A DNA stretch of 46,542 nt from Armatimonadota bacterium (GCA_047519495.1 JAPVSX010000026.1:1-46542); one strand, 5' to 3'; numbered from the stretch's first letter, positions 7,298-16,563 are shown. Translations and numbers: made by a program. The notes: generated from the letters alone by a model not told the origin.

Positions 7298-8787
7298 CCG
7301 GCCGCGAGCTCGCGGAACACCGGGCGGAGCGTCTCGTACAGCCGCATGTAGGCGTCCCACCGCGCGCGGTACGTGTCCTGCGTGGACGGATCCGGATCGA
7401 ACGTCTCCGCGACCGGGTTGACCGTCCGGGCGGCCTGGTCCGGCGCCGCATGCCGCCCGATCGCGGCACCCGCCAGCAGCATCGCCCCGAGCGAGGCCGC
7501 GTCGGTCTGCCGCGGCACCCCGACCGGCCGGCCCAGCACGCTCGCGAAGATCTGGTTCCAGAGCCGGCTGCGGGCGCCGCCGCCGACGGCGATCACTTCA
7601 CGGGGCCCGAATCCCATCCCCTCCAGGAGGGCGAGACATGCCCGGACTTCGTAGGCGACCCCCTCCATGATGCTCCGCGCGAGCGCGCCCCGGCCGTGCG
7701 CGTCGGTCAGCCCGAACCAGACGCCTCGCGCGTCGGGATCCCACCGCGTCGCGCGGGCGCCCATCATGAACGGCAGAAAGAGCAGGCCGTCTGCGCCGGC
7801 CGGCGTCTCCGCGGCGAGCGCATCGAGCCGCCCGTAGTCCACACGGCCGCCGAGGAGCCGGTCGCGCATCCATCTCAGGATTACCCCGGAGCCGCTCATC
7901 CCCTGTTCGAGGAGCACCATGCCCTCTATCGCGTGGAGGGAGCACATCACGCGCGGATCGAGCACGGCGGGCATGCCCGGCACGGCGGCCGAGACGTTGG
8001 TCGTCGTGCCGGTGGAGACCATCACCCGGCCGTTCCCCGCGCCCGCACCCAGCGCCTCGCACGGCCGGTCGCCGGCCCCCAGCGCGACGGGGACGTCCGC
8101 GGGGACCCCGAGGCGGGATGCGGCGTCGCGGGTCACGCGGCCCGGCGCCGCCGTGGACGGGTACACGGGCGGGAACACGTCCGGCGTGATCCCAACGAAC
8201 GCGCACCCCTCGCCCCACCAGGTTCGCCGGGTCACGTCCAGCAGCATCGTCCGCGAGGCCAGCGTGTAGTCCGTCGCGGGCTCGCCGGTCAGGCGCAGGT
8301 AGAGGTAGTCGCGCGGCTGCAGGTACAGGCGGGCGGCCCGGAACTGCTCGGGGGCGTGGCCCCGCAGCCACAGGAGCTTGCTCGCGGTGAACTCGGTGTC
8401 CGGGACGAGCCCGGTCACCGCGTGCAGCCGCTCCCGGCCGAACGTCCGCACGAGCGTCTCGAGCTCGGGGATCGACCGGCGGTCCATCCAGATAATGCAC
8501 CGGCCGAGCGGCCGCCCCGCCGCGTCGACCGGGACGGCGCCGCCGCGGTGGCTCGAGAGGCCGACTGCCGCGACGCGCCGGAGGCGGTCCGCGGGCAGCC
8601 GCCGGACGCCGGCGGCGGCCGCGTCCCACCACGCGTCGGCGTCCTGCTCCGCCCAGCCTGGCGCAGGGTAGAGGGTCGGATACTCGACCGCGGCCTGGGC
8701 CGCGACCTCGCCCCCGAGCGTGAAGAGGGAGGCCTTGCAGGCGGACGTCCCCAGGTCGAGCGTGAGGATGTGCTCGGAGGCGGCCAC
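7261..8787 (-). CDS. FGGY-family carbohydrate kinase (xylulokinase/gluconokinase-like)
   Basis: The N-terminus is ILTLDLGTSACKASLF, and a C-terminal GGGARSRLWNQI motif is present. It starts at a GTG. Its 3' end overlaps the convergent permease gene by 37 nt. Confidence 0.9.
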   Translation of the reverse strand: MAASEHILTLDLGTSACKASLFTLGGEVAAQAAVEYPTLYPAPGWAEQDADAWWDAAAAGVRRLPADRLRRVAAVGLSSHRGGAVPVDAAGRPLGRCIIWMDRRSIPELETLVRTFGRERLHAVTGLVPDTEFTASKLLWLRGHAPEQFRAARLYLQPRDYLYLRLTGEPATDYTLASRTMLLDVTRRTWWGEGCAFVGITPDVFPPVYPSTAAPGRVTRDAASRLGVPADVPVALGAGDRPCEALGAGAGNGRVMVSTGTTTNVSAAVPGMPAVLDPRVMCSLHAIEGMVLLEQGMSGSGVILRWMRDRLLGGRVDYGRLDALAAETPAGADGLLFLPFMMGARATRWDPDARGVWFGLTDAHGRGALARSIMEGVAYEVRACLALLEGMGFGPREVIAVGGGARSRLWNQIFASVLGRPVGVPRQTDAASLGAMLLAGAAIGRHAAPDQAARTVNPVAETFDPDPSTQDTYRARWDAYMRLYETLRPVFRELAAGYSFSAPESAET

Positions 8788-8809
8788 CGCCGGCGGGTGG
8801 GCGGGCGGC

Positions 8810-9799
8810 CTAGCGCCGCTCGAGAGCCTCGGGGTTGACGACGTTCGGCGGCATCTTCCCGGTGACGCCGGCCACGCAGTTCTCGGCGGCCATCGTCGCC
8901 ATCTTGATGCGCGTCTTGATGCTGGCGCTGCCGAGGTGCGGCGGGATGACCACGTTGTCGAGCCTGAGGAGCGGCTCGTCCATCGGGACGGGCTCGACCT
9001 CGAGGACGTCCAGGCCGGCGGCCCAGATCTTCTTGTCCACGAGCGCCCGGTAGAGCGCCCGCTGGTCCACGATCGGCCCGCGGGCGATGTTCACCAGCAC
9101 CGCGGTGGGCTTCATCAGCCCGAGCTCCCGCTCCCCGATCAGGTGCCGGGTCTCAGCGGTCAGGGCCGTGCTGATCACGACGAAGTCGGACTGCCGGAGG
9201 AGGTCGTCCAGCGGGGCGTAGCGGGCGCCCACCTCGGCCTCGAGCGTCTCCGGGGCCCGCTTGCGGTTGTGGTAGAGGATCGGCATCGCAAACCCCCGGG
9301 CGCGCCGGGCGATCGCCGCGCCGATCCGGCCCAGCCCGACGATCCCCAGGGTAGCGCCGTGGACGTCCTGGCCGGTGAACCCCATGATCTCCCACGTCTT
9401 CCACCGGCCGGACCGCGTGAACTTGTCGCCCTCCACGAGCCGGCGGGCCGTGGCCATCAGGATCGCCCACGCCATGTCGGCCGTCGTCTCGGTCAGGACA
9501 CCGGGGGTGTTGGTCACCAGGATGCCCCGCTTGGTGGCCGAGGCGACGTCGATGTTGTCGTAGCCGACGGCGACCTGGGCGATCACCCGGCACCGGCGGG
9601 CGCGGTCGATCGCCTCGGCGTCCATCTTCTCGGTGAGCAGACAGATGATGCCGTCCACGTCGACGATCTCCCGGAGGAGCGTCTCGCGGGGGACGGGCTC
9701 ATCGTCCCGATCCCACATGCGGTAGTCTACGGCGCCCTCCAGGACCCGCATCGCCGGCTCCGGCAGGGGGCGTGTGATGTAGATGCGCGGCGTCGCCAT
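8810..9799 (-). CDS. D-isomer-specific 2-hydroxyacid dehydrogenase (glyoxylate/hydroxypyruvate/2-ketogluconate reductase-like)
   Basis: It carries the NAD-binding fold GIVGLGRIGAAIARRA and the catalytic-region motifs ARGPIVD and PHLGSAS. AAAGGAG lies upstream of the ATG. Confidence 0.9.
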   Translation of the reverse strand: MATPRIYITRPLPEPAMRVLEGAVDYRMWDRDDEPVPRETLLREIVDVDGIICLLTEKMDAEAIDRARRCRVIAQVAVGYDNIDVASATKRGILVTNTPGVLTETTADMAWAILMATARRLVEGDKFTRSGRWKTWEIMGFTGQDVHGATLGIVGLGRIGAAIARRARGFAMPILYHNRKRAPETLEAEVGARYAPLDDLLRQSDFVVISTALTAETRHLIGERELGLMKPTAVLVNIARGPIVDQRALYRALVDKKIWAAGLDVLEVEPVPMDEPLLRLDNVVIPPHLGSASIKTRIKMATMAAENCVAGVTGKMPPNVVNPEALERR

Positions 9800-9866
9800 G
9801 ACTCATGCTCCTTTCAATCTGTCAGGCAGCCTGTTCCTTCTCGACAGCGCCGACTTCCCCATGCCG

Positions 9867-10793
9867 TCAGAGGCGGGCCCAGGCGTCTGTGAAGACGCGC
9901 TTGGTGCCCGCGATCACCGCCTCCGGCGTCTCACCGGGCAGCGGCTTCACCTCAAAGCTCAGGAACGGCCGGTCGTCCGCGCCGGCGGCCGGGCCGCCGA
10001 GGTACCCGATCTCGAACAGGGTCCGGAGAAACTCGATCACTTGATTTGTGTCGTTCTCTCCGCCCTCGATGCCGAACCGGGGGTGCTGGTCCCCGTAGGC
10101 GGGATGCTGGGGATCGCGCATCACGCAGTTGCCGATGTGCGCGTGGACGAGGTGCTCGCGCCCCGCGAGGAGGCATTCGCGGATCCCTTCGCCCAGCAGC
10201 GGGATGTGGCTGAGGTCCAGCATCAGCCCGAAGTCGGGGTAGTCACGGCGGACGGCCTCGGAGATCTCGACGCAGAGCCGGGTCGGCCCGGCCAGCGCCT
10301 TCTTCTCGATGCTGCGGTCGAACGTCTCCAGGGTGATCCCGGCGCCCCGCTCGCGGGCGTAGGCGCACAGCTCGCGGAGGGACTCGACCAGCCGCGCCTT
10401 CGCCCGCGCCTCATCCGCCGCGCCAGGGTACGGACCGCTCAGGACGGCGACGCGCCGCGCCCCGAGCTGGACCGCCTGATCCACGCACCCCTGCACGAGC
10501 GTGACGGCCGTGCGCCGCTCCTTCTCGTCGAGCGCGTTCAGGTTGGACTTGGTGACGAGGAGGGCCGACTGCGCGCCGAAGCCGACGCTCAGGTGGCTCT
10601 CGCGGAGAAGCGCGGCCGCGGCCGCGCGCTCTGTCTCGCTGTCGACCCAGCCGACCTCGACCGCGGTGAAGAAGTCGTCGGCCGCGATCCGGCGGAGGCT
10701 CTCGACGTAGGGTCCGTCACCTCGCAGCACCGCCGGGAACGCCATGAAGTGCACGATCCCCAGGCGGAGATAGCGGTGCCAGGACTCCTGCAT
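9867..10793 (-). CDS. Sugar phosphate isomerase/epimerase (xylose isomerase-like TIM barrel)
   Basis: The family signature is spread along the protein (DLSHIPLLGE, HAHIGN). ATG 10793 is preceded by AGGAGGAGG at 7 nt, so I prefer it to the track start at 10835. Confidence 0.85.
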   Translation of the reverse strand: MQESWHRYLRLGIVHFMAFPAVLRGDGPYVESLRRIAADDFFTAVEVGWVDSETERAAAAALLRESHLSVGFGAQSALLVTKSNLNALDEKERRTAVTLVQGCVDQAVQLGARRVAVLSGPYPGAADEARAKARLVESLRELCAYARERGAGITLETFDRSIEKKALAGPTRLCVEISEAVRRDYPDFGLMLDLSHIPLLGEGIRECLLAGREHLVHAHIGNCVMRDPQHPAYGDQHPRFGIEGGENDTNQVIEFLRTLFEIGYLGGPAAGADDRPFLSFEVKPLPGETPEAVIAGTKRVFTDAWARL

Positions 10794-10937
10794 GCGGCCA
10801 CCTCCTCCTGCGTGGGATCTCGCGGTCTCCAGCAACAGCGCGGGACGCTCGCCCGGCAGGCCGTGTCACAGTTCTCGGAGGCGCGGAAGCATCCCTGCGT
10901 GGTTCTCACACGAATAGGCCTTTCGCCCGATGCCGCA

Positions 10938-11753
10938 TCATCTCTTGGGAACGAGCGCGCGCATCACGCGAACCGTCTGCCGCGCCGCCTCGTCCGGGGT
11001 CGGATGCTGGAGGATCTCTGCGGAGACGAAGCCCGCATACCCCAGCTCGCGCAGGACGCCGACGACCGCCGCCAGGTCCAGGTGGCCGGCGCCGGGCGCG
11101 CGCCGGTTGCTGTCCGCGACGTGCACGTGCCAGAGCCGGGGCCGCGCCCGGCGCAGGGCGGCGAGGATGTCGGCTTCCTCGATGTTCATGTGGAACGTGT
11201 CGGGGAGGACGCCGACGTTGTCCTCCCTGAGCCGCGCGATGAGATCCATCACCTCGTCTACCGTGTTGAGCCAGTTGCTCTCGTACCGGTTGATCGGCTC
11301 GATCACGATCCGCACGCCGGCGCGCCGGGCGGCGCGCGCCACGCCGCCGAGCCCGCCGAGCAGGCGCTCCACGGCCGTCCCGCGGTCCGTCTCGGGAGGG
11401 ACCGGGCCGTGGATCAGCCCGACGATCAGGAGCGCGCCCAGCCGCCGCGCAACCTCGACCTGGCCGAGCAGGCGCGCGGCGGCCCCCTCCCTCGCGGCCG
11501 GATCAGGCGCGGTCAGGCAGAGGCCTTCCTCGAGATAGGCCTGCCCGGTCCCGATCGCCGGCACGGCCAGGCCCAGCTCCGCTGCCAGCGCCGCGATCCG
11601 GTCTACGTCAACCTCGGATGGATCGCGGATGGCGAGTTCCACCCCATCGAAGCCCAGCCCCGCCAGGTGACGGATGGTGTCCACCGGATCACGGGCCTGG
11701 GCGACCGCGGCGAAGCGGGTCGCCGACACGGAGATCGCGTACGCGAGCTTCAT
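10938..11753 (-). CDS. Sugar phosphate isomerase/epimerase (xylose isomerase-like TIM barrel), second paralog
   Basis: GFDGVELA, IEPINRYESN, DTFHMNIEE and HVHVADSNR are typical metal-binding strands of this family. Confidence 0.85.
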   Translation of the reverse strand: MKLAYAISVSATRFAAVAQARDPVDTIRHLAGLGFDGVELAIRDPSEVDVDRIAALAAELGLAVPAIGTGQAYLEEGLCLTAPDPAAREGAAARLLGQVEVARRLGALLIVGLIHGPVPPETDRGTAVERLLGGLGGVARAARRAGVRIVIEPINRYESNWLNTVDEVMDLIARLREDNVGVLPDTFHMNIEEADILAALRRARPRLWHVHVADSNRRAPGAGHLDLAAVVGVLRELGYAGFVSAEILQHPTPDEAARQTVRVMRALVPKR

Positions 11754-11790
11754 GGAGCAGCCGCTGCACCCCCGTCCCGATGGAAGGAAG

Positions 11791-12762
11791 TCACGGCGGG
11801 TAGCCGAGGCTGTAGATGCTCTTCCCGCCGTGCTTCGGACCCTTGAGGACCGCGTCGAGCTCCTCTCGGTCCCGCTCGGTGACCATCTGGATCGGGGGGA
11901 GCTTCCCCGGGGGAAACGTCTTGTGGACGTCGGTGACCAGGCGCTCGAGGTAGTCGAGCAACTGCTCGACGCCCCGATAGGCCTTCTCTGCCCGCGCGAT
12001 GCTGCTGCGGCCGACGACCCCCTCGATGTACGCCTTCACCTCGATCGGTCCCGCCCCGACCTGGCTGTACCAGTTGATGGGGCGGTTCAACAAATTTCCG
12101 GCCTTGTCGACGTGGTCGCCCGGCAGGAACCCGACGATCTCGTTGTCCGGCGCGTACTTCATGTCGAGCAGCTCCGGGAACAGCGCGAGCGACCACGACG
12201 TCTCGACCTCGTCGGCGTGGATGAACGGGGTCTCGTAGGGGCCGCCTTCGCCCTTGAGCTTGAAGTGGTCCCGGATCGGGTGGTACCAGTTGACGAGCAA
12301 GAGGAGGCTCGGCACCCGGTAGCGCTTCGCGAACTGGTGCATCGCCGTGGGGATGACGTACTCCTGGCCGTGCCCGTTCAGCAGGATCTGCTTGCGGAAG
12401 CCCATGTTCCAGAACCCCGCGATCATCGCCCGGACGAACCCGGCGAAGGTGTCCTCGGGGATGACGACGGTCCCCGGCATGCCGAGGTGATGGTACGGAT
12501 GGGAGCCGTACCACAGCGGCTGGGCCACCGTGCAGCCGGTGCGGGCGGCGATCTCCTCCGCCATCCGGCACACGAGGAAGATGTCCTCGCCGAGCGGCGC
12601 GTGCGCGCCGTGCGCCTCGGTGGCGCCGAGAGGCACGAGCAGGATGTCGTTCCGCCGCAGGCGCTCCTCCACCTCGTGCCCCGTCATGTTTTGTAAATAC
12701 ACGCCGGTCCGCTTGTCCATGTGCCCGCCCTGCGGCGGGATCGTCCACTTCGACACCCTCAT
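11791..12762 (-). CDS. Creatininase-family amidohydrolase-like protein
   Basis: LLVPLGATEAHGAHAPLGED matches the creatininase-family motif (GS.EQHG.H.P..TD). The start is one of ATG 12762, GTG 12756 (8 nt after AGGAGG) or ATG 12720. The 549-aa track ORF is an out-of-frame overlap extension into the neighbouring gene. Confidence 0.8.
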   Translation of the reverse strand: MRVSKWTIPPQGGHMDKRTGVYLQNMTGHEVEERLRRNDILLVPLGATEAHGAHAPLGEDIFLVCRMAEEIAARTGCTVAQPLWYGSHPYHHLGMPGTVVIPEDTFAGFVRAMIAGFWNMGFRKQILLNGHGQEYVIPTAMHQFAKRYRVPSLLLLVNWYHPIRDHFKLKGEGGPYETPFIHADEVETSWSLALFPELLDMKYAPDNEIVGFLPGDHVDKAGNLLNRPINWYSQVGAGPIEVKAYIEGVVGRSSIARAEKAYRGVEQLLDYLERLVTDVHKTFPPGKLPPIQMVTERDREELDAVLKGPKHGGKSIYSLGYPP

Positions 12763-12842
12763 CCCCTCCTTCTGCGCCTTCGGCGCCCCCGCCGCGCCGC
12801 GCAGCGTCTTTCCGGTCGCCTTCACGTCTCCGCGTCTCGGGC

Positions 12843-13688
12843 TCACGTTCTCCCTCCCCCCGTCTCCGTCATCGTGCCGCCAGACAGCCACACCCGCTCG
12901 ATCACGACACGCACGCCCTCCCGTTCCGGCGGCGGGCACACCCACTCGGCCGCCGCCACGAGCTCCGGCGGACTCCCCTCGACCGCGACCCCCAGCCCGG
13001 CCGCATCCACCATCGTCAGGTCGTTGAGGTTGTCGCCGACGGCCACGACCCGCTCGAGAGGCACGCCGACCGCCTCGGCGAGCACCGGCAGGGCGGCCCC
13101 CTTGCTGATGCCCGGCGGCAGGATCTCGAGGTAATCGCGCTGCGAGAACACCTGGTTGACCGGCGGGCCCGGGCGCGCCGCGATCGCCTTGCTGAGCGCC
13201 TCCAGGTCCGGCGGGTCGCCGACGATCAGCATCTTGACCGGTTCTTCCGTGAGCAGGGCCTCGAAGCTCGGGGCGATATGCACGGTCAGGTGGTCCCGCC
13301 GGGCGTAGCGCTCCACGAAGGGGGTCATCCGCTCCGCGTACACCTTGTCGTGGACGTACAGCTGCGGGGAGACCTGCGGGAACCGCCGGAGGAGCGAGAG
13401 GATCTGGCGCGCGGTCTCCCGCGGCAGGCGGCGGGTCCACAGTGACCGGCCGGTCCGAAAGTCAAGGACCTGCGCCCCGTTATATAAGATGACCGGGGGG
13501 TCGGCGCCGACGGCCTCCACGAACTCGCGCGCCGCCTCCCACATGCGGCCGGTGGCGAGACACACGCGCACGCCGCGGGCCTGGACGGCCTTGACGGCGT
13601 CCGCGACCCGCGGCGGGACGACCTTGTCCTCGGCCACGAGTGTGCCGTCGATGTCGGTGACGAGCAGCGCGTACCGCAGCGGCGTCAT
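12843..13688 (-). CDS. Cof-type HAD-IIB hydrolase (sugar phosphatase-like)
   Basis: It has HAD motif I (LLVTDIDGTL) and motif IV (GDNLNDLTM). Its ATG at 13688 overlaps the stop of the upstream fragment (ATGA). Confidence 0.9.
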   Translation of the reverse strand: MTPLRYALLVTDIDGTLVAEDKVVPPRVADAVKAVQARGVRVCLATGRMWEAAREFVEAVGADPPVILYNGAQVLDFRTGRSLWTRRLPRETARQILSLLRRFPQVSPQLYVHDKVYAERMTPFVERYARRDHLTVHIAPSFEALLTEEPVKMLIVGDPPDLEALSKAIAARPGPPVNQVFSQRDYLEILPPGISKGAALPVLAEAVGVPLERVVAVGDNLNDLTMVDAAGLGVAVEGSPPELVAAAEWVCPPPEREGVRVVIERVWLSGGTMTETGGGRT

Positions 13689-14107
13689 GCCTTCTCGCGG
13701 ACGGCGCCGAACGTCAGCGCCGAGATGACGTAGCGGCGCGCGAGCAGCAGCAGGGCGACCGGCACCAGGGCCGAGACGACCCCCATCGCCGCCATCTGGT
13801 TCCATATTATCTCGAACTCGGTCACGAAGCTCCACACCCCGATCGAGAACGTCTGGGAGCGCGGGGTGGCGGTGAGGATCAGCGCGTACAGGAACTCGCT
13901 CCACGCCAGCGCGAACGTGATCACGGCGGCGGCGAGGAGCCCCGGGCCCAGCATCGGCAGCAGGATCCGGAAGAACGCGCGCCAGCGGCTCGCCCCGTCT
14001 ACAAGCGCCGCCTCCTCCACCTCCTGTGGGACGTCCAGCAGGAACCCCTTCAACATCCAGACGGCGAACGGAAGGGAGAACGCCGAGTAAATCAGGATCA
14101 GGGTCAC
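13685..14107 (-). pseudogene. C-terminal half of a MalG/UgpE-type ABC permease (gene remnant)
   Basis: The 140 residues begin mid-protein (TLILIYSAFSLPFAVWMLKGF) and contain the EAA loop (EEAALVDGASRWRAFFRILLP) plus the last TM segments. The N-terminal half is absent. The frame opens only 3 codons after the in-frame TAA of the dehydrogenase gene. Confidence 0.7.
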
Positions 14108-14116
14108 TAACTGGCC

Positions 14117-15286
14117 TTAGATCTTCACCATCACCTTGCCGTCCTGGCGCTTGCTCGCCCGCACGACGGCGTCGGTCGCCTGTGCGAGAGGAAACCGGCT
14201 CGTGATGATCGGCCGGAGGTCCACCCGACCGGAGGCCATCAGGCGGATGACGTTCTGGAACGTGCCGTATCCCGAGTGCCCCTGGGCGCCGAACACCTGC
14301 CCGGCGTGCGTCTGGAAATGCTCCAGGTACATCGGGGCACGCTCGGCCGCCCGGCCGATGATCACGACCTTGCCCCCGATCGCCAGCGCCTGTTCCATCT
14401 CCGGCACCGTGACCGCGGGGGCGCCTGCGGCCTCCACCTGCATGTCGGCGCCGGCGCCGCCGCTCGCCTTCAGGATCACCTCGTGCGGGCTCGTGCCGGC
14501 CTTCTGGAGCTCGACGGGGTTGTGCACCTCGTCGGCGCCCGCCGCCTTCGCGAGCGCCTGCCGCATTGGACTGACCTCGAACGCGATCACCCGGCTCGCT
14601 CCCGCCGCCCGCGCGAGGGCGATCGCCGCGAACCCGATCGGTCCCGTGCCGTACACCGCCACGACGCCGCCCGGCCGGAACCCCTCGGCCCGCACGAACA
14701 TGCCGTTGTACGCCACGCTCGTCGGCTCGCACAGCGCCCCCGCCTCGGCCGCCGCTTCCGCGCTGCCGTAGGCCTCGGCGAGCGCCGTGATCGGCCAGCA
14801 GTACTTGGCGCCGACAACCAGCTGGTCGGCCATCGCCCCGTCGATCGTGAACCCGATCTCTTCGAGGTTCTCACACTGGTTCGGCCAGCCGTTGCGGCAC
14901 GGGATGCAGCGCCCGCACCAGATCATCTCCTCGACGGTGACCAGGTCCCCGACTCCGAGGCCCTTGACGTCATGGCCGACCTCCACGACCTCGGCGCTGA
15001 ACTCGTGCCCGATGACCACGGGAAACTTCGTAAGACCCGGGTAGCGGATGTAGCCCTGGTCGTCCGTTTCGTAGAAGTGTACGTCCGAACCGCACACCCC
15101 GCACGCCCGCGGGCGCAGGCGCACGTCCTCGGGCCCGAGGGGCGGCTCCGCCACCTCGATCAGCCGGATCTTGGGATGGCGCCAGACGCTCGCCCCCGTC
15201 ACCGCCTTGCCGGTCTGCCGCTCGAACTCGGAGACCGAATACTCCGGCCGGGGCGCCCACTCCGCCGTGAACTGGAGACCTCTCAT
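14117..15286 (-). CDS. Zn-dependent medium-chain dehydrogenase/reductase (polyol/sugar dehydrogenase-like)
   Basis: It carries CGVCGSDVH, GHEFSAEVVEVG and the GTGPIGFAA Rossmann motif. I took the start at MRGLQF (ATG 15286). The track start at 15433 adds an Arg/Gly-rich leader. Confidence 0.9.
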   Translation of the reverse strand: MRGLQFTAEWAPRPEYSVSEFERQTGKAVTGASVWRHPKIRLIEVAEPPLGPEDVRLRPRACGVCGSDVHFYETDDQGYIRYPGLTKFPVVIGHEFSAEVVEVGHDVKGLGVGDLVTVEEMIWCGRCIPCRNGWPNQCENLEEIGFTIDGAMADQLVVGAKYCWPITALAEAYGSAEAAAEAGALCEPTSVAYNGMFVRAEGFRPGGVVAVYGTGPIGFAAIALARAAGASRVIAFEVSPMRQALAKAAGADEVHNPVELQKAGTSPHEVILKASGGAGADMQVEAAGAPAVTVPEMEQALAIGGKVVIIGRAAERAPMYLEHFQTHAGQVFGAQGHSGYGTFQNVIRLMASGRVDLRPIITSRFPLAQATDAVVRASKRQDGKVMVKI

Positions 15287-15640
15287 GCCGCACCTTCTTC
15301 CCGGGAACTGCCGGGCGCGGGACACCTGCCTCCTGCACCCGGGGAGAGCCTGCGCGTGGCCCACCTGCTCGTTCGTCGGGCCGTCCCGACGGCCCTCCAC
15401 GGCGGGCCCGCGCATTTCGGGTGACCGAACCACCGCTTCCCGCGCGCCGCGTCGCCGCGGTGGTGTTGAAGCAGAGGTCTGGCAGGAAGCGCTTTCTGGA
15501 AGGCAGTTCTAGCGGGCCGGCAGGTCCGGGAGCACGTCCGCCGCCGGCCGGACAGGCTCCAGGACGGGCTCGGCGGCATGCAGCCGCCCCGCCTGGTTGA
15601 CCTCATCGGCCGTCATGGTCTGCAGGAGCATCGGACTGAG

Positions 15641-16023
15641 GGAAACGGGAGCAGGCCTATAAGCCGGGTTCTGTCGAGTGCGGCCATCTCTCTGGGGCGG
15701 CGGTTGCCCGACGCCTCTAGCGGTCTACCCGGGGATCCGCGGGCCGCGTCATCTCCCCCTACGTGACCTTGCTCCGGGTGGGGTATACCGAGCCGGCCGG
15801 TCACCCGGCCGCTGGTGCGCTCTTACCGCACCGTTGCACCCTTGCCTCCGTCCCACCCCAGGAATTGCTGCGCAACGCCTGGGACCCTGGGAAACAGAGG
15901 CGGTATGTTTCTGTGGCACTCTCCTCGGGGTCGCCCCCACTGGGGACTACCCAGCACCCTGCCCTGTGGAGCCCGGACTTTCCTCGAGCGCCTGAGCGCC
16001 CGCGGCCGCCCGGCCTGCTCCCA
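15641..16023 (-). ncRNA. rnpB: RNase P RNA, bacterial type A
   Basis: The minus strand contains the universally conserved P4 strands GAGGAAAGTCCGGGCTCCACAGGGCA and ACAGAACCCGGCTTATAGG. It also has GGTGCGGTAAGAGCGCACC and CCACCCGGAGCAAGG, as in E. coli M1 RNA. The P1 helix is closed by 5' GGGAGCAGGCC (16022-16012) pairing with GGCCTGCTCCC (15657-15647). No credible ORF covers this region. Confidence 0.95.
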
Positions 16024-16028
16024 AATGT

Positions 16029-16057
16029 ATGCTAGCATGCCCCGGCGGGGGATTCAA
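16029..16057 (-). promoter_or_regulatory. Sigma-70-type promoter for rnpB
   Basis: On the minus strand the layout is TTGAAT (16057-16052), a 17-nt spacer, TAGCAT (16034-16029), 6 nt, then the G that begins P1. The -35 hexamer contains the rnhA TGA stop codon. Confidence 0.55.
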
Positions 16058-16563
16058 CCCGAGGGACATCGATCCCGTCGAGCCCGTCGAGCAGATCCGG
16101 TCCCCCGCCCCGGCCGGCGGCGCCCGGCAGGCGCGGCGCGGGGCGTGGAACGCGCCTCGGCATCGAGGGCGCGGTTCGCCAGCGCATCGGCCGCCGCGTT
16201 CTGCTCCCGCGGCACGTGCGCGATCACGACGTGGTCGAACCGACGCATCCGCGCCACCGCTTCGCGATGCAGGGGGGCGAGCGCCGCGCTACGGACCTTG
16301 TACCGGCCGGTCAGCTGCCGGACGAGAAGCTCGCTGTCGCTCTGCACGCGGACCGTGCCCGCCCCGAGCGCCTCGGCCTCCCGGAGCCCGCGGAGAAGCG
16401 CCCGGTACTCCGCGAAGTTATTCGTCGTGACGCCGATCGTCTCGCCGATCTCCCGGACCGGCACGGCGCCGTCCAGGACGACCACGCCGATCGCGGCCCG
16501 GCCGGGATTCCCCCGCGAGGCGCCGTCGATGCAGACGACCAGGTCACGCGCGGCCTCGCTCAC
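16054..16563 (-). CDS. rnhA: Ribonuclease HI (type 1 RNase H, archaeal/actinobacterial-like)
   Basis: The DEDD residues sit in VCIDGASRGNPG, NNFAEYRAL, VQSDSELL and NAAADALAN. GTG 16563 overlaps the upstream stop (GTGA). An Arg-rich C-terminal tail runs to 31 nt before rnpB. Confidence 0.85.
   Translation of the reverse strand: MSEAARDLVVCIDGASRGNPGRAAIGVVVLDGAVPVREIGETIGVTTNNFAEYRALLRGLREAEALGAGTVRVQSDSELLVRQLTGRYKVRSAALAPLHREAVARMRRFDHVVIAHVPREQNAAADALANRALDAEARSTPRAAPAGRRRPGRGTGSARRARRDRCPSG

Noticed and set aside
11791-13440. Over-long N-terminal extensions in the ORF track. Examples are 11791-13440, 12843-14732, 14117-15433, 16054-16665, 26140-28062, 31827-32906, 36060-37793, 41831-43066 and 1903-4023.
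   Set aside because: The extra upstream parts overlap the preceding gene in a different frame and are compositionally aberrant. Internal starts at 4-nt stop/start overlaps or behind good Shine-Dalgarno sequences reproduce family-typical N-termini.
15431-15464. The inverted repeat CCACCGC...GCGGTGG between rnpB and the dehydrogenase gene as a terminator or riboswitch.
   Set aside because: The stem is only 7 bp with a long loop and no U-tract, and I recognise no conserved riboswitch motifs. This is common background in GC-rich intergenic DNA.
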